From: Candidatus Woesearchaeota archaeon
GTDB taxonomy: Archaea; Nanobdellota; Nanobdellia; Woesearchaeales; ARS49
Assembly: GCA_014729555.1 (NCBI GenBank)
Contig: WJJT01000036.1
Coordinates: 1-61,564, forward strand
Reading direction: 5' to 3'
DNA: 61,564 nt
Shown piece after piece: positions 54,239 to 61,564 of the stretch (within the stretch, counting starts at the first letter, position 1; the number at the start of each line of letters is the position of its first letter). The notes under the pieces were generated by a model. That model was given only the letters and a program-made list of their open reading frames with translations, made no database searches and had not been told where the DNA came from. The translations under genes and the position numbers were made by a program.

Positions 54239-55210
54239 ATGTTCAAAACAATAATAGAGAAGCTAAATGCAAAACTAAATGACCACGGCAAAAGCATCAT
54301 ACTAAATAACAACACAGCTGTGCGAATAGACAAAAACCAGTTCTACAGCATAGCAGACAAAACAGCCAAAAGAACAGCTTTTGTAGACGGAGGAAATGCA
54401 GAAATACTTGGGGGTGGAAATTTTTCCTTACAATTACTAAGAATATACGCAGGAATATTTGAAAACAACAAAAGAATCAAGCAGAAAAAAACAGAATTTT
54501 ATTTGCTTGTAACTGCAAAACACAAGAATGGCAGGATATTCTATGACACAGAGGCATTTAACACACATCTACGCATTGACAAAGAATTCAATGCATTTGA
54601 ACAAGGACTCTCAGAACACGGACACAAAGCAGAACCAAACAAGATAGCAGAATCAGCCAGAAAAATAACAGAACTACACATCGCAGAAGAGCTTGCAACT
54701 GAACTAGAATCAGGAGATATCATTGTTCGGGACGGAGACCTGACAGAAGGAACAGAGCAGGAGAAAAAACAAATAGAAAAACTACAAGAAAAATCACAAG
54801 GAAAAGGGATTATTGTAGCAGGATTGTCAAAAACAACAAGTTTATTGACTGACTCTGGAAACAGTGCATCAGCTGTGCTTAACAAAATCGGGCCTTCCTG
54901 CGCCTGGTATTATCCTGCAACAAACAACATTGGATTTACAAAGCTAAACAAAAACTCCAACTATGTCTTTAGATTAGATTTCCTTATGCCAGACAAGCTC
55001 GCAGACATATTAGGAGGTCTTAAGGCAAACTCAAAAGATGCCTGCTTTATAGGGTATCCTTACGGCCTAATAGATGCAGACAGGTTTGCGCGCGTTACAA
55101 CAAAAGAAAAAGAGAAGCTGAAACTGATGCTGATGAGCAAAGGAGGAGAGAATTTCAGGGCTCATCTGGCAAGCATAGATGCTCATGAGATACTTAACAA
55201 GATAGTTTAA
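54239..55210 (+). CDS. NurA-like nuclease domain protein
   Basis: AFVDGGNAEI, IIVRDGDL and IVAGLSKTTSLL lie in the order of NurA motifs. No HerA neighbour. Confidence 0.45.
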   Translation: MFKTIIEKLNAKLNDHGKSIILNNNTAVRIDKNQFYSIADKTAKRTAFVDGGNAEILGGGNFSLQLLRIYAGIFENNKRIKQKKTEFYLLVTAKHKNGRIFYDTEAFNTHLRIDKEFNAFEQGLSEHGHKAEPNKIAESARKITELHIAEELATELESGDIIVRDGDLTEGTEQEKKQIEKLQEKSQGKGIIVAGLSKTTSLLTDSGNSASAVLNKIGPSCAWYYPATNNIGFTKLNKNSNYVFRLDFLMPDKLADILGGLKANSKDACFIGYPYGLIDADRFARVTTKEKEKLKLMLMSKGGENFRAHLASIDAHEILNKIV

Positions 55211-55302
55211 TTACTTTTGAATAATAACAAAATTTTATATACGTTGTTTCAGAAAACACTCTTTATAAAAAGATTAAATACAACAAAACGGAGGTTATAA
55301 AA

Positions 55303-55632
55303 ATGGACTCAAAACTAGGACACTGGGCATTCATCGCAGGCATCCTGATAGCAGTAATAGCCGGACTAGTGCCTGCATGGAACACCCCAACAGTTATGTG
55401 GATACTGGTAATCTTAGGATTAGTAGTAGGACTAATGAACATAACTGCAAAAGAAACAGTTGAATTCCTTGTAGCAACAATAGCACTAGTGCTAATCGGA
55501 ACAGCAGGAATACAGACACTGCCTGCACTAGGAGAAATAGTCACAGCAATACTGGAAAACATTGTAGCATTTGTAGCACCAGCTGCATTAATAGTAGCAT
55601 TAAAAGCAATCTATGAACTGGCAAGGAAATAG
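55303..55632 (+). CDS. Small three-TM membrane protein
   Basis: 109 aa, hydrophobic. TATA-like TTTATATAC upstream. Confidence 0.6.
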   Translation: MDSKLGHWAFIAGILIAVIAGLVPAWNTPTVMWILVILGLVVGLMNITAKETVEFLVATIALVLIGTAGIQTLPALGEIVTAILENIVAFVAPAALIVALKAIYELARK

Positions 55633-55634
55633 AC

Positions 55635-56021
55635 TTATTTTTTTATTTTTTTTTCTAATTCTAACAAATATTCAGAAAGAGGTCTTGCAGGCTTTAATAC
55701 ATCTAGAATATAAGCAAAATTCTCTCTACACCACAAATTCGGCATTTGCTCATGTAACTGCCTAAGCACTTCAACAGCACGCGGATGGTCATCAGGAAAT
55801 CTATCAGTCAAGTCATCAAACTCAACCTGGGTAAGGATATCTTCCATATCAAAAAAATGCCCTGCGCGGGTATGAATCTGCAGCCTTAAACCTGCAATAT
55901 TTGCATGCCGGTATATTGTGCCATAAACAAAAGTATAATCCTGCTTGAAATCACACTCGCCTGCAGCAGCACAAACTATCTTATGCTCTTCTTCTGAACC
56001 CAACAATATACTGTGAGTCAT
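55635..56021 (-). CDS. Hypothetical protein
   Basis: 128-aa ORF with normal composition. Confidence 0.5.
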   Translation of the reverse strand: MTHSILLGSEEEHKIVCAAAGECDFKQDYTFVYGTIYRHANIAGLRLQIHTRAGHFFDMEDILTQVEFDDLTDRFPDDHPRAVEVLRQLHEQMPNLWCRENFAYILDVLKPARPLSEYLLELEKKIKK

Positions 56022-56059
56022 AAAAGATCATAGAAACACTTGATTTTTAAAACTGATGG

Positions 56060-56698
56060 TCACTGCCCAAATTTCCCCTTCAGAGGAACAAACATAAAAT
56101 CACCTAACTTCTCAGGATGAAGCTCTCCCTTGACCATTCTTGCGCGAACAAGGACCTGGCCAGACAAAGGACCGACAGGAATCACGATAACACCACGCTC
56201 CTTAAGCTGAGAAGCAAGAACCTCAGGTATCTCTGGAGCAGCAGCAGTGCAGATAATCCTATCATACGGCGCCTCTTTAAGATAACCCTTAGAGCCATCA
56301 CCCTGAATAACCTCAACATTCTTTATATTACACTGCTTAAGATTCTCTTTTGCAAAATGAACAAGCTCAGAAATACGCTCAACAGTTATGATCTTGCCCT
56401 TTAAACCGACAATCTCAGCCATCAAGGCAGCATTATAACCAGAACCAGCACCAATCTCCAAAACCTTCATGCCAGGACCAAGCTCAAGAGCCTCAAGCAT
56501 CATCACAACAGCAGTGGGCTGGGAAATAGTCTGCTCTTTCTGAATAGGCAAAGGAACATCCTTGTAAGCATCAGACCTGAATTCCTTTAAAACAAAAAAT
56601 TCCCGCTTTACTTTCTTGAAAGCACTAAAAATACCAGGGTTCCTGACAATACCCTCTTTTCTCCAGTAATCAATCAAGAGCTGTTTCTGGTTCTGCAT
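56060..56698 (-). CDS. pcm: Protein-L-isoaspartate O-methyltransferase
   Basis: QTISQP, VLEIGAGSGYNAA SAM motif, GDG..G. .APYDRI. Confidence 0.9.
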   Translation of the reverse strand: MQNQKQLLIDYWRKEGIVRNPGIFSAFKKVKREFFVLKEFRSDAYKDVPLPIQKEQTISQPTAVVMMLEALELGPGMKVLEIGAGSGYNAALMAEIVGLKGKIITVERISELVHFAKENLKQCNIKNVEVIQGDGSKGYLKEAPYDRIICTAAAPEIPEVLASQLKERGVIVIPVGPLSGQVLVRARMVKGELHPEKLGDFMFVPLKGKFGQ

Positions 56699-56842
56699 TT
56701 TATAAATAACAATAAAAGGATTATATAATCTTTTCGGAGAAATAACCCATGTACAGTTTTTGCAAGATGTTGCAAAAGCAACAACATAATTTTAAAGCAA
56801 ACTTTATATACCCTATCCAAAACATATTTTAAAAATAAAAAA

Positions 56843-57751
56843 ATGGAATTACTAATAACCAGCGCACCGGTCTTTATAATAATAGCAATAGGCGCACTGG
56901 CAAAATGGCTGAAAATAGCAGATGACAAATGGATAGACATACTAAATAAATTTGCGTTATACATAGGATTCCCTGCCTTAATCTTCACAAGTCTTGTAAG
57001 CCTTGAAAGCAGCGCAGCAATTGATTACCCCTTATTCTTATTTAACTCGCTGCTGCTTATAGCCGCCTTTGCCACGATATACATCATACTCAACCGGCTA
57101 AGGGTTAAAAAAGACATAAGAAACTGCTACCTTATGTGCGCGGTGTTTGGAAACGTAGCATACTTCGGGTTTCCATACATCACGCCAATCATACAAGACT
57201 CTGGCGGAATGGTGAGCATAATCGTGGCATCTGGACTTGTGCTAATGTTCACAATGGGATTATGGGTCTTGGAAAACTCACGAAGCAAAAAAGCAAGCCT
57301 AGCAGGAACCATAAAAAAAATAATCAAAAATCCCCTGCTAATAGCAGTAATCCTGGGCGTAGTATTTGTACACTTGAACATCACGCCGCCCCAAGTCTTA
57401 GAAAACTCATTAAGCATGCTTGCAAAAGGAGCATCCCCTGTGGTTTTATTTGCTTTAGGAATATTCCTGGTAAGAAAAATAGAATACAACAAGAAATTAC
57501 CCCATTCAGTGATAATCACAGCAATAAAACTAATAGCACTTCCTGCAGTATTCATGGCAGCAGGCGTATATTTATTTAAAGAAACATCCTACCCAATAGC
57601 AGTAATAGAAGCAGGAATGCCAACAGCACTAACCTGGTTTGCACTATCACAAATCTACCCCATGAACAAAACAATAGTTGTGTATACAATAATAATAAGC
57701 ACAATACTTTCTGTAATAACACTCCCAATCATAACAACCCTACTTCTATAA
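56843..57751 (+). CDS. AEC-family (auxin efflux carrier-like) transporter
   Basis: About 10 TM helices, 302 aa. N-terminal ...PVFIIIAIGALAKWLKI is typical of the family. Confidence 0.6.
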   Translation: MELLITSAPVFIIIAIGALAKWLKIADDKWIDILNKFALYIGFPALIFTSLVSLESSAAIDYPLFLFNSLLLIAAFATIYIILNRLRVKKDIRNCYLMCAVFGNVAYFGFPYITPIIQDSGGMVSIIVASGLVLMFTMGLWVLENSRSKKASLAGTIKKIIKNPLLIAVILGVVFVHLNITPPQVLENSLSMLAKGASPVVLFALGIFLVRKIEYNKKLPHSVIITAIKLIALPAVFMAAGVYLFKETSYPIAVIEAGMPTALTWFALSQIYPMNKTIVVYTIIISTILSVITLPIITTLLL

Positions 57752-57801
57752 TAATAACATTTAAATACCAATAGTGCAGAAGAACACATATAAAAAGAGG
57801 T

Positions 57802-60207
57802 ATGCGCTTGGTATCCAAAGACAAGAAGTTCATTCTATGGTTTGACGAAGTCAACATGAAAGACGTAGGCCTGGTAGGAGGAAAAAACGCCTCACTAGGA
57901 GAGATGTACCAGGAACTAACCAAGAAAAAAATCAATATTCCATACGGATTTGCAGTCACAGCATATGCCTACAGATATCTGCTTGAGAAAGCAGGCGTAG
58001 AAGACGAAATAGAACAGGCACTAAAAGGGCTGAACATAAAAGACATAAGAAACCTCTCAACAAGAGGCAAAAAAGTCAGGGACATAATCAGAAAATGCGA
58101 TTTCCCCCCAGAATTACACAAAGCAATAACAGAGGCATATCACAAACTAAGCAAGAAATACAAAACAAAAAACACAGATGTTGCAGTAAGAAGCAGTGCC
58201 ACTGCAGAGGATCTTCCAGAAGCCTCATTTGCAGGACAGCAGGAAACATACCTTAACATACACAATGAAAAAGCACTGATTTCTGCATGCAAAAAATGCT
58301 TTGCATCATTATTCACAAACAGGGCAATAGCATACAGAGAAGAAAAAGGATTTGACCACTTCAAAGTCTACCTATCAATAGGAGTGCAGAAAATGGTACG
58401 GTCTGACAAGGCAAGCTCTGGGGTCATGTTCACACTAGACACTGAAACAGGATTTGACGACGTAGTATTTGTAACAGCAAGCTGGGGACTGGGAGAGAAT
58501 GTAGTGCAGGGAGCAGTAAACCCAGATGAATTCCACATATTCGAGCCAACACTATTGAAAGGCTACAAGCCAATCATAACAAAATCACTCGGCAGCAAAA
58601 GCAAGACAATGATATATGCAAAAGGAAAAGAGCCGACAAAAAACACAAACACGCCGATAAAGAAACAAAAAGAATTCTGCCTAAAAGATGAAGAAGTGCT
58701 GCAATTAGCAAAATGGGCAGGCACAATAGAAAAACACTACACAAAGAAAAAAGGAACCTGGACACCAATGGACATAGAATGGGCAAAAGACGGAAAATCA
58801 AGCAAGCTATATGTAGTGCAGGCAAGGCCAGAAACAGTGCAGAGCCAGAAACAAAGACACACACTAAAGGAATACAAGATCAAAGAAAAAGGAGAAATCA
58901 TAACAACAGGAAAAAGCGTAGGAAGCAAGATAGCAAACGGCAAAGCAGCAGTAATAAAAAACGTAAAAGAAATCGAGAAATTCAAGCCAGGACAAATACT
59001 TGTAACAGAGATGACAGACCCAGACTGGGTGCCAATCATGCGACAGGCAGCAGCAATAGTGACAGACAAAGGGGGCCGCACTTGCCACGCCGCCATTGTA
59101 TCAAGAGAGCTGGGAATACCCTGCATAGTCGGAACAACAGAGGCAACAAGCAAAATAAAAAACAAACAGTCAATCACAACAGACTGCTCACAAGGAGAGG
59201 AAGGACTCATATACAAAGGAGAGCTCAAATTTGAAATCAAAAAAACAAATATCAAGAACTTTCCAAAAACAAAAACAAAAGTAATGATGAACATAGGAAG
59301 CCCAAACGAGGCATTTGAGCTGAGCTTTATACCTAATTCTGGAGTTGGATTGGCCAGAGAAGAGTTTATAATCAATTCTTACATCAAGATACACCCAATG
59401 GCATTAATAGACTACAAAAAAATGCCAAAACACACAAAGAAAAAAATAGACGCACTGACACAAGGGTATAAAGACAAAAAACAATTCTTCATAGACAAAC
59501 TCGCAAGAGGAGTAGGAACAATAGCAGCAGCATTCTACCCAAACGATGTAATTGTAAGAATGAGTGACTTTAAATCAAATGAATATGCTAATCTGATTGG
59601 GGGCAAATTATATGAACCAAAAGAAGACAACCCCATGATAGGATGGAGAGGGGCTTCTCGTTATTACAACCCAAAATACGCACCAGCATTTGCACTGGAA
59701 TGCAAGGCGCTCAGGAAAGTACGCGAAGAATTCGGGCTAATGAACGTGAAAATAATGATACCTTTCTGCAGAACAGTAAAAGAAGGCAAGAAAGTCATAA
59801 AAGAAATGAAGAAAAACGGGCTAGAGCAGGGCAAGAACGGGCTGCAGGTATATGTAATGTGCGAGATACCATCAAATGTGGTATTAGCAGATGAATTCTC
59901 AAAAGTGTTTGACGGATTCTCAATAGGAACAAATGACCTGACACAGCTGACACTTGGCTTGGACAGGGATTCTGAGTTAGTTGCTGATTTGTATGATGAA
60001 AGAAATGAAGCAGTAAAGGACTTGGTTCATTATGTTATAGATAAGGCTAAAAAGAACAAAAGAAAGATAGGATTATGCGGAGATGCGCCAAGCACATACC
60101 CTGAATTCGCCCAGTTCCTGGTTGAATGCGGAATAGATTCTATATCCTTATCTCCAGACGCAGTAGTCAAGACAACACTGGCTATTGCAGAGATGGAGAA
60201 AAATTAA
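57802..60207 (+). CDS. ppsA: Phosphoenolpyruvate synthase
   Basis: FILWFDEVNMKDVGLVGGKNASLGEM, phospho-His loop GGRTCHAAIVSRELGIP, C-terminal GICGD-type CGDAPS. Confidence 0.95.
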   Translation: MRLVSKDKKFILWFDEVNMKDVGLVGGKNASLGEMYQELTKKKINIPYGFAVTAYAYRYLLEKAGVEDEIEQALKGLNIKDIRNLSTRGKKVRDIIRKCDFPPELHKAITEAYHKLSKKYKTKNTDVAVRSSATAEDLPEASFAGQQETYLNIHNEKALISACKKCFASLFTNRAIAYREEKGFDHFKVYLSIGVQKMVRSDKASSGVMFTLDTETGFDDVVFVTASWGLGENVVQGAVNPDEFHIFEPTLLKGYKPIITKSLGSKSKTMIYAKGKEPTKNTNTPIKKQKEFCLKDEEVLQLAKWAGTIEKHYTKKKGTWTPMDIEWAKDGKSSKLYVVQARPETVQSQKQRHTLKEYKIKEKGEIITTGKSVGSKIANGKAAVIKNVKEIEKFKPGQILVTEMTDPDWVPIMRQAAAIVTDKGGRTCHAAIVSRELGIPCIVGTTEATSKIKNKQSITTDCSQGEEGLIYKGELKFEIKKTNIKNFPKTKTKVMMNIGSPNEAFELSFIPNSGVGLAREEFIINSYIKIHPMALIDYKKMPKHTKKKIDALTQGYKDKKQFFIDKLARGVGTIAAAFYPNDVIVRMSDFKSNEYANLIGGKLYEPKEDNPMIGWRGASRYYNPKYAPAFALECKALRKVREEFGLMNVKIMIPFCRTVKEGKKVIKEMKKNGLEQGKNGLQVYVMCEIPSNVVLADEFSKVFDGFSIGTNDLTQLTLGLDRDSELVADLYDERNEAVKDLVHYVIDKAKKNKRKIGLCGDAPSTYPEFAQFLVECGIDSISLSPDAVVKTTLAIAEMEKN

Positions 60208-60211
60208 GAAA

Positions 60212-60676
60212 ATGAAAACAATCGGAATACTGATGGCAGAGCACAGAGTGATAGAGAAAATGCTTTCTCAGATTGATGAAAAGCCGGTTGGCAGCATAAT
60301 TGAATTCTTCAGGATTTATGCAGACGCAATACACCACGGCAAAGAAGAAGACATACTGTTCAGCAAGCTGGCAGGAAAAGAAATAAAAAAAGAACACCAA
60401 GAAATAATGAACAAACTGCTTGAAGAACACCAAAAAGGAAGAGAGATAATAAGCAGAATAGAAAGCAACAAGGGCAATGACAAGATAGTAAAGGAATGCA
60501 AACAAGAACTGCTTGAATTATACCCGCAGCACATAGAGACAGAAGACAAGCACTTCTTTATGCCAGCAAAAGAATACTTCACAGAAGAAGAGCAGAAACA
60601 GATAGATGAAGAAAGCAGGGAATTTGACAAAAAACAAGACAAGAAAAAATACGAAGAGATGCTCAAGGCTCAATAA
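60212..60676 (+). CDS. Hemerythrin-like domain protein
   Basis: MAEHRVIEKM, HHGKEEDILF, HIETEDKHFF (His/Glu/Asp metal ligands). Confidence 0.7.
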   Translation: MKTIGILMAEHRVIEKMLSQIDEKPVGSIIEFFRIYADAIHHGKEEDILFSKLAGKEIKKEHQEIMNKLLEEHQKGREIISRIESNKGNDKIVKECKQELLELYPQHIETEDKHFFMPAKEYFTEEEQKQIDEESREFDKKQDKKKYEEMLKAQ

Positions 60677-61556
60677 CACAGACAGACTTGCTCAAAGACT
60701 TATGCAAATAATAACAGAATTCCTGCTTTGACTTTAATTTAGCAGACTTAATGAACTTCTTGTGGTTAATAAAGCTTGGAAAACAAATAACTGCACGCTT
60801 TTTTAATATTTTCCTGAGGTTTTTCAGGAACTCTGAGTATAATTTTTCCAAGTCAACCTTTCTAGAGCTTCTTGCATACGGCAGGTCTGTAACAAAATAG
60901 TTGTACTTGATTTTAATCTTAGTGGCATCCTTTTTCCTCAAATCATATTTAACCTTGGAATGCTTCAGGTTCTTGTCAGCACGCTCAAGCATCAATTCAT
61001 CAATATCATAACCTATCGCCCTGAAATCCATCAAGCCAGCCTCAATTAATATACCTCCTGTGCCGCAAAAAGGGTCTACAATAGTGTTTTGTGTTGATAT
61101 TGCACCAGTAAGGTTAACCAGGCACCTTGCAAGCCGTGGATGCAAAGAAGTGGGATGAAGCCTGGGGCGCAGGTGAGCCTTTCTCTCTTCAAAAGGCTCA
61201 TCCATCTTGTCAACCAACAAACCACAGTGCACATCATCTTTTGTAAAATAAAAATGAAACTCTGTCTTAGGCCTGACCAGGTCAACCAGCGGCTTATCAA
61301 GAAAATCCCATAAAAAATCAGCAATAACAACATCCTTAGGGTGATTCTTTCCAAAAGTGCGCACACAAAAAGAACGCGCATAGTGCTTGTTCCAATCAAA
61401 CTTCTTAATCTTGTCAAACAAGACAGCCTTTTTGCAGGAAAACAAGTGCTGATAAACAGCCTTTGTGTAAGCCAAACGCCTGAAATATGTTTTATTAGTA
61501 TCAATAAAAAGTAGGTTATCATCCATACAAGCCTTTCCAGGAAAGATAGAGAGCAC
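60663..61556 (-). CDS. Trm11/Trm-G10-like tRNA guanine-N2 methyltransferase; N-terminus may extend beyond the window
   Basis: DPFCGTGGILIEAGL SAM motif I, GYDID, and TDLPYA catalytic motif. Confidence 0.7.
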   Translation of the reverse strand: MLSIFPGKACMDDNLLFIDTNKTYFRRLAYTKAVYQHLFSCKKAVLFDKIKKFDWNKHYARSFCVRTFGKNHPKDVVIADFLWDFLDKPLVDLVRPKTEFHFYFTKDDVHCGLLVDKMDEPFEERKAHLRPRLHPTSLHPRLARCLVNLTGAISTQNTIVDPFCGTGGILIEAGLMDFRAIGYDIDELMLERADKNLKHSKVKYDLRKKDATKIKIKYNYFVTDLPYARSSRKVDLEKLYSEFLKNLRKILKKRAVICFPSFINHKKFIKSAKLKSKQEFCYYLHKSLSKSVCVIEP

Positions 61557-61564
61557 TTCTGCCC

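Noticed and set aside
57780-57801. CATATAAAAAG box 12 nt before the ppsA start as its promoter
   Set aside because: The spacing is too short compared with the 22-23 nt seen elsewhere. The N-terminus (FILWFDEVNMKDVG) needs the ATG at 57802, so the real promoter is probably further upstream and this A/T string is coincidental.

Overview
This window reads as a compact, AT-rich archaeal chromosome segment. The diagnostic genes are eL33/L35Ae, eS24, eS31/S27ae, the L1-P0-P1 stalk operon, Rpo7, Rpo11, Spt4, Kae1, class I CCA-adding enzyme, membrane LonB and PAC2. Small proteins, many lysine/glutamate-rich tails and apparently leaderless promoters suggest a DPANN-like or other uncultivated lineage, but that is inference only. 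The window opens with the 3' end of the 23S rRNA, followed by a canonical C/D box sRNA whose D guide is complementary to the peptidyl-transferase loop of that 23S. About 75 CDS follow, split between housekeeping genes and an accessory fraction. I see no tRNA, 5S rRNA, CRISPR array, transposase or integrase. Five loci deserve follow-up. (1) At 23.2-33.8 kb an FHA-caspase fusion lies convergent with a Hanks Ser/Thr kinase. Next to them are a 775-aa membrane-anchored coiled-coil protein and four tandem paralogous acidic coiled-coil proteins that share a C-terminal TPR-like hairpin. I regard this as the best candidate for an undescribed system. (2) At 35.6-39.2 kb a low-coding locus holds three HTH genes, an array of about 19 TGGGA(A/C)(T/C) iteron-like sites, an AT-rich block flanked by inverted AAAAGTGAG motifs, and a dispersed 30-nt motif. 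It could be an origin, a partition site or an element remnant. (3) Two convergent, 3'-overlapping PIN/RHH cassettes are each flanked by promoter-bearing direct repeats of 39 to about 47 nt, and together they bracket a four-gene block. (4) An extended promoter motif family recurs with a fixed 22-23 nt TATA-to-ATG spacing. (5) A TFB-type zinc ribbon is fused to a poly-lysine tail encoded by 4 x 21-nt tandem repeats, and several ribosomal and RNAP proteins carry K/E/P-rich tails. All functional calls rest on motifs read by eye in the translations. No database search was run.
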